A DNA stretch of 64,000 bases from Marsupella aquatica (taxonomy: Eukaryota; Plantae; Marchantiophyta), in assembly GCA_973895155.1 (NCBI GenBank), contig OZ316892.1, positions 10,148,283-10,212,282 on the forward strand, given 5' to 3'. Under the pieces are notes generated by a model, which was not told the DNA's origin, searched no databases, and saw only the letters and a program-made list of their open reading frames with translations. The first letter of the stretch is position 1. Each line of letters begins with the position of its first letter. Below are positions 37,921 to 49,799 of this stretch, piece after piece. Position numbers and translations under genes: made by a program.

Positions 37921-40435
37921 CAATCCCTCACAGTGCTGGTTAATTGTTGACTACAGTTAGATTTGAACCAATTGAGCTCTGTCACAGTAACAAGTTTTGT
38001 TAATAAATTGGAATCAGAAACTAGAGTTGGGGTCTAGGCTTCTAGAGTGAAGAATTTAGAGACTGTCTTGAGGACCCACTCAGATAAATGTGGATAGAAA
38101 AAAGTGATGAGATGTTATGTATATGAAATGATAATCATGCATTATAATTTTTGTCATCATTTTAATTAATATTTTTAAATTGGGCAGTCAGGCTCCTTAT
38201 ATCTGTTGCTACTAGTTTAATGTTTGTGAGATGCATTGGAAAGGCCCTGGTACCCTAGACTCTATAGACCTTAGCAGAAGCAGGTTATAAGTTGGGGAAT
38301 TTTGTTGGCCTATGTTTTATTGTGCCACAGTAGTTGCTAGAATTTTCAGAACTACTATTTTGGGGAAGTCATAGTTTTGAGCTGGGCTGCAAAAGTTTTT
38401 GCAACTAATTACTACTTTGTTATCATTAACTCTTGAGCCTGTTAAGTTACAGTATGGACGGCAATTTTTGTTGTAACTAATTAGCAGCTTGTTATCATTA
38501 ATTCTTGAGCCTGTTGAATTACAATACGGACATATTGCCCAAAGAAGACAGTGAGGACAGAAACTGGAGGGTAAGCACAAAAAAACTGCACAGGAGAATA
38601 AGAATCAGTCTAGGACAAGGAAACACACACCAAAAATCTCAAGGGCAAAAAGTAAAATAAATGCTCCTTTACCTGGGTCACATGACCCAGCACATGTGCA
38701 GCCACACTAACATGGCTCACCCCAGTAGGATCAATCACAACCACATCTCCAAGAGACCAAGTACCAGCCCAAGAAACCACAATATTGGCTTGGCACCAGA
38801 CATGGATACCATCCCAAATGTGGGAGGACATTGCACCGCTTCTTTGCAACATGGTAAGCCAAGTCCCTACCACACCTCTTTCATATTTGTGTTGTAATAT
38901 ATGTCTTCACATCTATGGTAGTTTGACAAATTACACTCCAATGTTTGATAGGTCCTCATGTGTACCTACAAGAAGTGTGTGAGCACTCAAGTCACCAATG
39001 AGATGTAAGCACCCAATATAGGTACACAATTGAACAGATTTGACAGTCCCCAACCTTTCATGAAACAAAAGATTGCAAACCCTGTTTTGTAAAATTTGTG
39101 AAATGTGGATGAAAAGTTGGACCAACTTATGTGGATAAATTGTTGCACCAACTTTTGAAATTTGCCCCAAAAGGATTTCATTATATAACACTTGTGCAAC
39201 CCACAGTTTGAACTTTGGTGAAACATCGGAGGACCTAGAGCAAAGTGCTAGAATGCCATTGAAGACAACTTGTGAAGGGAGTCATTGAAGGGGGAGGTTA
39301 GAAATGTCAGCCATTCAGATTACTATAACTCCTTTTCTACTAGTAGAAATTGGGTGAGCTGTCACTAACATATCAAATTGCAAAGTTACTACGTTGCCAT
39401 GGTTATCGTTTTAAATAAAAACATGATAATGTCATGATTATACCAACGTTAACTTGGCTTAGCAAAAGGTGCATCAATTGACCATGTTCCCAGATGTGGC
39501 TCTGCATGGATGGCTGAGATTGGTGGCATCGTCCACTCTCCACCTTAACTCTAGGCCACCCTAACCAGTGGCAAGCATGTTGCTGCTCTTTACCCTCAGC
39601 GCTCCAGCAGTTGCACTTGTTTTGAGGAGGCAGATCCCATTCGGATCCAAAGGGTGCGAGTCAGGTTGTGGAGTGTACCAAAGCAAACCCTCAACTAGAC
39701 ACGAAAAGCCAAATACATGATATCCTGTAGAGACTCTGATGCAACCATCCGACTACCTTTGTTGTATCGTTGCTGCTGTATCATGGCAACCACTGCAGTG
39801 AGGCAAGAAGGGAAACTCTGCTAGATTCGATTATTCAGTTTAATTCATGTACTTCTATGTTGGCAACATGAACCACGGATCCCTGCAGTTACAAACTTGA
39901 GCTAATAAAATTTTGAAATTATCTGGGGCGTTTTGGAGTGTGTGTGTTGGGGGGGCTGAAGAGAAAAACTGTGACGTCTAGTCTTCAGCATCCCATGGTG
40001 TTAACTCAAGAGCTACCCATCTAGGGACTCATGTTGGGCATTTCACAAAGCTCATTCTCGAAGTCGTGCACCATCTAAGATCTCCATCACATACATGGAC
40101 TCTTTCTCTCAGCCACCAGAATAACTCACGCTGTACACTTCCTTTGTTCCATTTGATAGGTTGTCCACGTTGTAATTCAATACTGTCTGAAGGCATTCCA
40201 TGCCTTGAATGATCCCACAGAAGTACAACACTAATTGACCTGCACTACAACTGAAATTGAGCCATAAAAGTTAAACATCTCTCAATATCACACGAGGCAC
40301 AAGACTGTATGCCTTTGACCGATAAAAGCCGTCCCTGCATCTATAGGCTGAGAGGAGAAGGCACAAAGGGTCCTCAAGTAAGATCTTCACTACCAAAACT
40401 AGACCTCACATTCCTCAGAGCCCCATCGAAATCCC

Positions 40436-42755
40436 TCAATTCTCATCTTCTAACTCTTCTTCAGCATCTTCGAATCTTGGATCCTGGATCTGCAACTGAA
40501 AGGGGATGCGAGAAGGTTGCATTCATGTTAACATGACTGTATAAAGCTGGTGCTGTTATTTACCGAGCAGTAATGTTACTTTGGCCATCAATAAGCGCAG
40601 AATTAATGAAAAGCATTTCACCAAGTTGAATGTGAGCACACTGCATTATCACAAGGGTTTAAGCAGACTAGAAAGTAGGGGTAGAGTCAAATTGTGAGCA
40701 CTGTTTGAACATTTCCTTCCCGACCTGAATTTCAATAATTACTTTTGTTTCGGTCAAAATCACTCTCTTGGCACCTCACAAACGATCTTTTCTCATAAGG
40801 AAATGACCCGTAGACAGAAGCATGGACCTTACCTCTGCAATACTGGGAACACCTGAGTTGTCATCTTCTCCGCTGCCCCTGCCCAATACTTCGTTCACGT
40901 TGAAGAAGAATTCACCTTCACCTTCTTGCTCTGCAGTGCCAAAACTGTTATATCAGTCAAAGGCACCAAACTCAGCTCAGAAATCAATGTTGGTCGGGTT
41001 GGTGAAAATTGCATAGGGAGGACTACTTCACAATTGAGGTTCTTAATGGTAAAAAGTAGCAAACATCCTAAAACCTTTGCTGTGACCAACGGATTAGACT
41101 TGCCGAAGCTCAGGCCCAACTTTGATCTAAAGTTGGGTTAAAGAAATAGCTAATACAAGAGCTATCACCTCGGTTACACTAGTAGTTGGCATTTTTTAAT
41201 GCTGGTTGAAGTACTTAAATTAAGACAATAATTATCATAACTTATTGATGAAGAAAACCTGAACCGTGTTGTAAGATCTTAAAATTGGTTGGAAAAAAAA
41301 TATTGATTGAAAGCAGCTTGTTAGATAAAAACTTTGACTCATCTTCCGAAAAATCAATCACAATGTCATATTTCCATCCTGTTGTGTTGTCCACTTAAGA
41401 ACGACTCTAGCACTAGATGGTTAGTAGTCTTGAGAAATTAACGACCGCAATCTGAGAACTGCCTCTAACTGATTATTTTTTTAGGCTCCACAGAAAAACG
41501 TCCAAAAGGAAAACAGAGTCTCCATAACACACAGATTAACGTACCCCCATCAGAATCCGGATTCAGAAAGGCACAATCACACAACACCTGGAACAATTGG
41601 TCCACTGTTATCCACATCTATTGTTAAGGCAACTGCCATTAATAGCCGCTACGTGATATGTCAAATAATTTTCGTATTGAAGTTTAAAATCACTCTTTCA
41701 AGTACAGCCCTCGATTCCATCCAAAGGTTGTTGGGGCACATGCACAACACCCATCGGATCAAAATCTCTCATGGGGAGGATACGACCACTGGGGTCTCTT
41801 GGAATGAGACGCATCTCTGAAACCATAGACAGATCCTCCTCAACATGATTTTCGTTTTCAAGCAGTTCCTCATCTGTCTCGTCTACTGATTCCCAATCCT
41901 CTTCATCCGCGGCACTTTCAATCTGAACGGCAACAAATTTCTTATTGGTCAAAACAATTTAGCCCGTTCCAAATGTCTCGTGCTCGTTTTACATAGTTTC
42001 TGTTCCAATCCCGTCCAAAACTGATCACGTGACACAAAGTAAACTAAAATGTGACAGAAAACTCATGATCAGTGCACCTCAGTATTGATAAATACCTGTG
42101 TGTAAATACAGGGTACTGGATAGGCTTCTGGATCCCTCGAGATAGCGTGCATTGAGAGAGATTTAAACTCCACTGCATAACCCTTTTCGTGGTCATCATC
42201 ACTAAACCAGACGAGGCGCCTGTTCAAGTATGGAAAGGTCTGATGTTACAGACAAAATTCGCTACTTTCCATCAGGCTTAATTAGCTCATTACACTCCTA
42301 CCAAAGCCATCGAATATCAGACAACAACAACAAAATTGGCAGTAATAATATTCCGACATTATCAACTACAGATTGCACCTAGACAATTGTAGAAATATGA
42401 AAAACTTTGAGGTATTTGGTTGAATCTTAGACACTTGATTCGGGCAAATCAACTGCATTGATACAACTAAGAATGTTGTGAGTAATCTGGCTACCTGTGA
42501 AATACATAAAATAGGGAACAAAAGAAGAGGTAAACTTCAAAATGAGACCATCCAAATATGCCTAATAAAACCCAAACATTAACGATAGAGTTACCTTGTC
42601 GTGACATAGAGCGTTCCTGCCTGTTGCAGGGCTGCTTCTCCAAAGACAATGCCCATCCCAGGCGCTACATGCCTTAACTCTTCATCCTCTCCACCTAGAA
42701 GCACTGGGGCCCCACTGTCAGCTCTCTCCGACATTGCAACCAAGCCAACTGCCAT
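40436..42755 (-). CDS. ICLN: pICln (chloride conductance regulatory protein ICln / methylosome subunit). Exons 42755-42595, 42219-42096, 41922-41784, 41604-41545, 40930-40833, 40495-40436
   Basis: GTLYVTTRRLVWFSDDDHEKGYAVEFKSLSMHAISRDPEAYPVPCIYTQ, acidic region, SEMRLIPRDPSGLDQLFQVLCDCAFLNPD and C-terminal DPRFEDAEEE. Exon phases are consistent. Confidence 0.92.
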
Positions 42756-43737
42756 GGTTGCCTTCTATCTCACACCCTGCAACAGCAAACATCAAATCAA
42801 AACATCAGTGTGGTATGCATAATGTTTCCCGAACTAGTGAGGGCTCTAGAGGAACTATAGTTTCTTGGTTCCTTCCTTCCGTCTGTCTGTCCACAGGGAA
42901 AAATACCGGGTGATAGGGGCTGGACACTCCCCAACAAGATTTGGGCCAAGCACACGAAACAAGCCGACCTCGACCTAATCAAGATCAAGAGGAAATGGGG
43001 ACAGAATGACTCGATGGATCCATGGCAACAACAACGGAGGAAAGTCTGGGGTGGCTGGATCTTCCCGAAAGTTAAGAGTGTTCAACTGGCGGCTCTACAA
43101 TTGGTGAAGAATTCATGTTGGAGGATCTTCCAGAAAGTTAGAGTGTTCAACGACGTCTGCTCTGGCATTTGTGAACGGTGTATGATTCACAAACGTAACC
43201 CCGGGCCCAAATGTGCTTCTCACGGAACTGTGTAACGCAACCTGGCAGGAGCGAAATGTACTCACCCTACTCCAAACTTATCGGGCGTCTCCCTAGCTGG
43301 GTTATCCTCAAATACACCAACGACCACATCAAAGCGGTGCTCGCAGTTTGCAGGACCCCTAGGAAAGCGAGACAACTTCAGAGAACTGCCGAAGAGCTTG
43401 AATTCGTTCTAAGACCATGGACCAACAGCGAGATCCCGACCGCCCTTACTCAAACAATTGTTAATGAGTGACAACAACAACTAGTTTAGAGGACGAAGAT
43501 CACGGATTGAGGACACTAGTGTGAAGTCGACAAATACACACAGCGACAAGGGTGACACTTATTACACCTACGGCAAGAGCCAGGATAGCAAATTTTGTAG
43601 GGACCTTAGTCTCGAGAGAAACTTTTAACTCCACTGACCATTTCAGTCGGCTCCCTACTTGGAACTATAAGAATAGGTCCACGTGGTGGCTGGGTAGGGT
43701 CATTTGGCGGGACTGGTTCTTTTCCCTTTGTTCCCCC

Positions 43738-43830
43738 CCCCCCTAAACCCTAAACAGAGTCTGGCCTAAACCCTAACCCCCACCCCCACTAAACCCTGTG
43801 TACTACCCCCCCCCCCCCCCAAACCCTAAA
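43738..43830. repeat. Degenerate telomere-like (CCCTAAA)n and poly-C patch
   Basis: Several CCCTAAA/CCCTAAC units interspersed with C runs. Confidence 0.7.
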
Positions 43831-44550
43831 CTCTGTTCTAGATTGGCCATAACCCTTATTCTAACTTCTCTTTGCAAGGGCAGAACCGCCTGGAAAATGC
43901 GTCAAAGACCACAAGGAGGGGTCCTCCATTTAATCTTTGTCCTCTTATGTATCTATTTAGGTGTGCAACTCTTCATGGCTCCAAATAGATCAATAAAACA
44001 AGCTTACATAACCAAGAGGTCCTCAAACTAATTTTCACATCAGTTTAGTGGTCATAAATGTGCTTCCAGCCTCCCTGCAACAGGATTCAATAGGAAAATA
44101 TGAAAACACGGCAGTGAGGGCACTTGGGAATAGAGGGGCAAGGGTGGGGTTTAATGAACCAGTATTGGGGTTGGGTGAATCGGACCCGAGGGCAATGAAA
44201 CCAAAGGGATTGTTGGTTCCATGTGACAATCTCAAGGCCATAAGAGCATCTCCAACCCAACGGGATTGTACTTACGGGGTACATTAAATATTCAGTCTGA
44301 CAAAGTCCTAGTATATAAAGTTCCTTATAGGTATCATTAGGGGCCAACTGAAAAGCAACCCCAATCCTGACGGGTAAATTTCCCTAAACAGCAAGTATCA
44401 ACATCTGTCTGACAAGGTCCATAAATTGAGATCTTGACCTGTCATCAATATAGAGGATAACAGGTCATAGAGATGGTGACTACTAGTAGGAGGGAAGAGG
44501 CCAATTCATGGTTCCTTTCACCTTGGCAGCTTCTTGAAGTGCGACAATGG

Positions 44551-44848
44551 CCCTTGGGGGGTTAACTAAGTGTATGTTTTGGGGTACCACGTGCGATCCT
44601 AGCCTAATATAAATAGACCTATTTTATAAAAAGAATATTCCAAGAATATTATCTATTTTCAATATTAATAACCTAGTTTACTTTATAAAGGGTATATATT
44701 AAAGAATATTCTATAAACATGAGTTTATAATACCTTCTTTTGTCTCCTACGCTTGTTAAAAATTTAGTTAAAATTTGCCAAAAATACATATTTTGGATCG
44801 CACATGGTTCCTAAGATTTTTGATAGTCAACCCCCCCCCCCGAGCAAC
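44551..44848. mobile_element. TIR element (MITE-like), copy 1 of a direct pair
   Basis: GGGGGGTTAACT...CCACGTGCGATCC at the left and GGATCGCACATGG...AGTCAACCCCC...GAG at the right, with an AT-rich core. Homologous to 45595-45890. Confidence 0.7.
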
Positions 44849-45594
44849 AGCCTGCAACTAGAAAAGTGAGTTTCAAGTGCGCCACCTCTGCAATAGCAGC
44901 AACAGCAAATTGGATTCACCTCCAAGACCCATCCACTCTCAAACGCCCACATCTGCAAGAAAACTCTCCAAGGAAATGAGGGGGTTGAGGCAAGAGCTTC
45001 CAAAAATTGGTGCTTTATCGTTGCGGTTCTTGCAGTCCTATTCAACACAGAGCTTGTTTACTCCATCATCGATCCCAAATCACATACTCACCATCGTGCA
45101 GTGAAGAATTGTGCAGGACAATGGGCGGAGTATTGAAACTATTATTGATTTCCTTCACATGCATGTCAAAATCTTTGGGTTGGGACGAAGCAAAGGAGAC
45201 GCAAGGGCGCAGGCAGCGTACATGACGATGGGGCCCAGATCTTGCACAGACAGGGTGGAGGACGGTGCAGATGGGGAGGTGTGAGCAGCCAGAGTCGGGC
45301 AAGCAAGAAGGACAATAACTAACTACAGATGGGAGCCGTGTTGCACGATGACCCCTTTTATACTAGTAGATATGGTTTAATTACATAACTAAGGTGTTTG
45401 ATTACCTTAGTTGAGAGATAATGTGAGTGAAGTGGTGAGAGATGAAGCAAGTGAAGTACATAGGGATTACCTAGGTATGTAATGTCTGAATTAAATAATG
45501 TATTTAATTGTCTTGGGTGATAGAGATAGCGAGTGTCTTAATTGGCACAAGAGGGGATTCCCCATGTGGCAAGTTATTGAATACACAACAACAA

Positions 45595-45890
45595 TTGCAC
45601 TCGGGGGATTAACTTAGTGTATATTTTGGGATACCATGTGCGATCCTAGCCTAATATAAACACACCTATTTTATAATGGGAATATTCTAAAAATATTATC
45701 TATTTTCAATACTAATGACCTATTTTACTTTATAAAAGGTATATATTAGAGAATATTCTACAAATATAGGTTTATAATACTTTCTTTTGCTTCCTGCGCT
45801 TTTTAAAAATTTAGCTAATTTATATGAAAAATATTTATTTTGGATCGCACGTGGCTCCTAAGATTGTTGATAGTCAACCCCCCGAGCAAC
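45595..45890. mobile_element. TIR element (MITE-like), copy 2 of a direct pair
   Basis: ~45-bp imperfect TIRs: CTCGGGGGATTAACT...CCATGTGCGATCC and GGATCGCACGTGG...AGTCAACCCCCCGAG. Confidence 0.72.
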
Positions 45891-45960
45891 TACATTGGAT
45901 CTGGCCTGTCATGATCCAAGAAAAGCTGCTACTACATACCTAGATCTAGGTATGTAGTAG

Positions 45961-47740
45961 GAAGCTCAAGGTAAAGTGTTGCACTAAGAATTTTGAGAAT
46001 TCATTTGTCGTGTGGTTCTTTCCTTTTTGGTTGGGATGTCATTTTTGGTGCTCACAATTTTGGTGCTCAGACCAATGCTCTCTCTCGGTGTTCTGTTTGG
46101 TGCTTAGACTTGATGTTGCTCACTCTCTTGATGATGTGCTCAATGTCATCATGCATGGTGCTCCTAATTCTCTCCGTGTGTCATGCGCTCGGTTTAGCCT
46201 TTTTGTTCACGAGCTCTCTTGGTGATGTCGATTAGATTGAGATGTTGCAACTTGAAGATCGATAGCTGATCATTATAGCTGAGTCAAGTTGTGCTGGCTC
46301 TTGATCTGTGGTGGCTAGGTCTATTTGCTGTTGTGTATTTGCTCCCATTTTTATGTCTCAAGTCCTCATTGCTCTTGTTTTGCAGCTGTCTATTTGTTGC
46401 TGTATTTGCTCTTGTTCGCTGCTCTATTTGCTGCTGGGCTCATCCCGCTATTGTGGTTGATCTGCTCAAGCTGGCTCATGTTGTTGCACTTTCTTGATCT
46501 GCTCAGCTGCTGCTCTCGATCTGCTCTTGGCTCATTGCAGCTTTCTCGATGTGATCTGCTTGGTGCTTGATCAATAGCAGCTCACCCTGATCTGATTTGG
46601 TTTGCTCTTGATCATTTAGTAATCTCAATTGATAGCATCTCTCTCACTCTCTCAATGGCACTCGCTGCTGATGGCACTTTTTTTGCCCAAAGTTTCTCAG
46701 ATCAATACCAGATTGACTTCTCCACCTCAAACTCGACCTTGTGATGCTGCTTATTGCTCAGCTAGTCTTATCTGTCCCAAACACAACGTTCCTCTACCCT
46801 AAACTTGATATTTTGATGGGTCATTGAGTTTTTGACTCTATGTATCTGGGAGCTTTCCAAGTATTCTAGAGTTTGAAAATAGAATACAAAGGTGATGTTT
46901 TCTCTTTTCTCCAGGCTAAATTTTTGGGTGAACCCTAACCTTAACAGTTGGCATGGGGGTGAGACGAAACTTGTTTTGCAGCTACTTAAGTTGACTACAT
47001 GAGACCATTTTACTCAGTTCTCATTTCTCTTAGTTGTCTTAGCTGGCTCTCTTGATCTCTCTCAACTCTCTTAGCTGGCCCTCTTGATCTCTATCCGTTC
47101 TCGTTTCAATGTGTAACTATCTTTGGCCCAGATCAACTCAGTCCTCTTAAGAGTTGCTTGGTCAAGAACTTTGCTTAGTGTTTGCTCTTGTTTTAGTCCA
47201 CTAACAGTGTCTTGTCATCTAACAGTGCTTGGTCTTGTTCACATTGCCCTGTGTTATTGCCTTGTCTTTCTAACACTATCAATTCTTTGTCCTTTAGCAG
47301 TGCTCAATCTTGTTTTGGATCGGGGTTTTGGATAGTGTCCTTTAAGTTTGAGTCAAGTTTAGGGGTTGATATCGTTTGAGTCCTCTAATAGTGGACGTTG
47401 TGTGTTCTTCTTTTGAGTTCTAACAGTGTGTTGGAGTGTCAACTCTTTCTGTTGAGTTATTGTGACAGCCCTTCACGAGTGTCAAAATTTGTCATGGGAG
47501 TCTACTAACATTGTCATGTGATTGGTTCTTTTGATTTTGTAAGAGTCTGATCAAGTTCTCTATTTGTTTTTGTTGAGAACACTTAGTTTGCTCATGATTG
47601 GTTTGTCAACTGCACTCAGTTGTCTAATAATGCTCTAACAGACCTGGTGGAGTGCACCAGAGTCCTCTAACATTGCTTTCAATCTTTTGTTCCTTTAACA
47701 TTATTGTCTATGTCTCTACTTTGTTATTAGTTCAATCTAT
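45961..47740. mobile_element. Probable decayed retroelement non-coding/LTR-like segment (T/C-rich, recurrent TTGATCTGCTC and CTAACA motifs)
   Basis: Strong strand asymmetry and short recurrent motifs, with no credible ORF. Family not identifiable. Confidence 0.3.
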
Positions 47741-48144
47741 TGTATTAATGTCCAGTGAATTATAACTAACAGCAGACGATAATATAGTTCCTTACACAAC
47801 GTCCAACTTATTCTAGAAAATGTAGAGAAAGAGTCACCACATTGTGTAAGGGATATCAAATTATGTTTTGTGTTGTTCAAGTTAGGTGAAGAAAAACTGC
47901 TTGCTGGACCATTTAAAATTTTACAGGCAACTGGGAGTACAAGGGAGGATGAGACAACGGTAGACAATTGACATTATTTTACCCACTTTATCTTTTTGTG
48001 TATTACAAATACTATTCTTGTAGTTGTAATACAGATTGATTTGCAAAAGCATTTATGTGAATCTAGAGAACTTTGTGCAAAACTAACATGGCTTCTTTGG
48101 AGCAAAAAGCAAGACGTACTATGTAGAATAAGGAAGAAGTTTCT

Positions 48145-48830
48145 ATGATGGACAACATGTTTGAGTTGAGTATCACAGTTGGATACTTGGGGGCTGATGT
48201 CCATTAAGATGAAATAGAAAAGTTAGAAGTTTTGATGAGAGAGCATTGTGTGGCAGGAGTGGTTGGACTTGAGAGAGGAGAGGTGGAGTGCCATCTACAT
48301 TTCCAAATGGTCGTGAGAGCTAAAACAAAATCTTCTAGGTTTTTTGGTTTTTTTGGTGAGAAAGGATATGGGTTGGCATGCAATGAAGAACATGAGTCTT
48401 GTTGGAAAAGTGTACTAATAGGCAACTGCATACTTGGAAAGGGATGATTGGGTATTATCTTAAAACTTCAGGGGCCACTCATTTTGAGCAGGTATTGTTT
48501 AACATAATAGATGATGAGATGATTGCAGGACAACAACTTCATTCAATCTATGGGTGAGTAGATCTAAAATCAAGAGTAACTCTAACAAACAAAAATGTTG
48601 CAAAGCGAATGTATGTGTGGCATAAGTAAAGGGCTGAAGATTAACGCCACATTTGTATCAACATTGAGAGACATGGTAAAATCTGGTATTTTCATGCCTG
48701 CTACAAGTTGGATCATTCCTTTGAATGGTCAGGGTAGGGATCATAGTAGGATGACATGTTTATGGAAATGCATCATTCATCCTATGAATGTATGTAAATC
48801 TGATACATGTTGAAGAAGTTTTTGTTAGGA
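48145..48830 (+). pseudogene. Decayed Replitron-type HUH-Y1 (Rep) transposase
   Basis: Across frameshifts and stops: FELSITVG (motif I), GLERGEVECHLHFQMVVR (HUH at 48292-48300), KDMGW, LHTWKGMIGYYLK (YxxK at 48453-48464), HF...N...G, KSRVTLTNKNV, FVSTLRDMVKSGIFMPATSW and RMTCLWKCIIHP. No helicase remnant was seen. Confidence 0.8.
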
Positions 48831-49231
48831 AAGCCAGTGAGGACATGGAGTTTTGGTAGATATTATTGTGACTCTTCAGAGGAAGATATACCATCACCTA
48901 ATAGTACATTGACAAAATCTCTTGGAAAAACTTATTTCAATAGATTAAAAAAGAACCAAAATCTGTTTGTTTTGATGATGTTTTTATAGAGATAAAATCT
49001 CCTGATAAGGGTGTGACCTTTGGGGGATCCTTTGGGATAGTTTGTTCCATTGGTTGATAAGCAATCATTTCCTAAGTCTAACTATTTAGAAATAGTTGAT
49101 TTGTTGGTTGTAGACCATCAGATGGGATTGAGGAAAGGGAAGGAGAAGATGCCATTTACACAGGTGGTATTCATTTGTTGTCCTCAGATGATGAAGTAGA
49201 GCCAATGGCAATGTGTGTTGATGTGGGACAG

Positions 49232-49650
49232 TGTTGGGTATTTACTCTTATGTCTAGGTTAGGTATGACGTGGTTGGTACAACAACGTGGGTTGGTACAA
49301 CAAGATGGTTTGGTACAACTACGTGGTTAGGTACAACAATGTGGTTAGGTACAACTACGTGATTAGGTACAACAATGTGGTTAGGTTAACTAAGTTGCAC
49401 ACTATATCATAAGAGGCACGTGTGCTTGGAGAGGCAGAACCAAGGCTCATTGTTATGGAGCCACTTGAGAGATAGAGAGAGCTTACACTGTGGAGACTCG
49501 GTATAGCCGACGGGCTTAGAGTTCAGTAAAGCTCTCTTGTATGTTCCCGTGGACGTAGCCTCAAGGAGGTGAACCACGTATCTCTTGTGTCGACTACTTG
49601 CATGTTGGATGTCATGTGCTTACCGTTGCGATTATCGTCTATACTCAACA
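49232..49650 (+). mobile_element. Solo LTR (probably Ty1/copia), 419 bp, TSD GACAG
   Basis: Begins TGTTGGG and ends CTCAACA, with GACAG at 49227-49231 and 49651-49655. Same family as 23264-23612. Contains an ~18-bp tandem array. Confidence 0.92.
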
Positions 49651-49799
49651 GACAGGGCAGTGGGAGAAGTGGCAGGACTACTCTCTTAAGAAAGAGTCTC
49701 TTCAAGGTGAAGACAAAGCCATGTTCTCCTAGGTCCAGATGCAGTGGAGATGGCTAGCATAAAGGCTGTGTCTAACCTTTTTGTATATAATATTTGTGT

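Noticed and set aside
45335-45367. Helitron 3' end (CGTGTTGCACG...CTAGT)
   Set aside because: The hairpin stem is only ~4 bp and no matching 5' TC end could be defined.
49268-49387. CRISPR-like appearance of GTGGTTAGGTACAAC repeats
   Set aside because: Units are contiguous with no unique spacers, lie inside a solo LTR, and the genome is eukaryotic with no cas genes.
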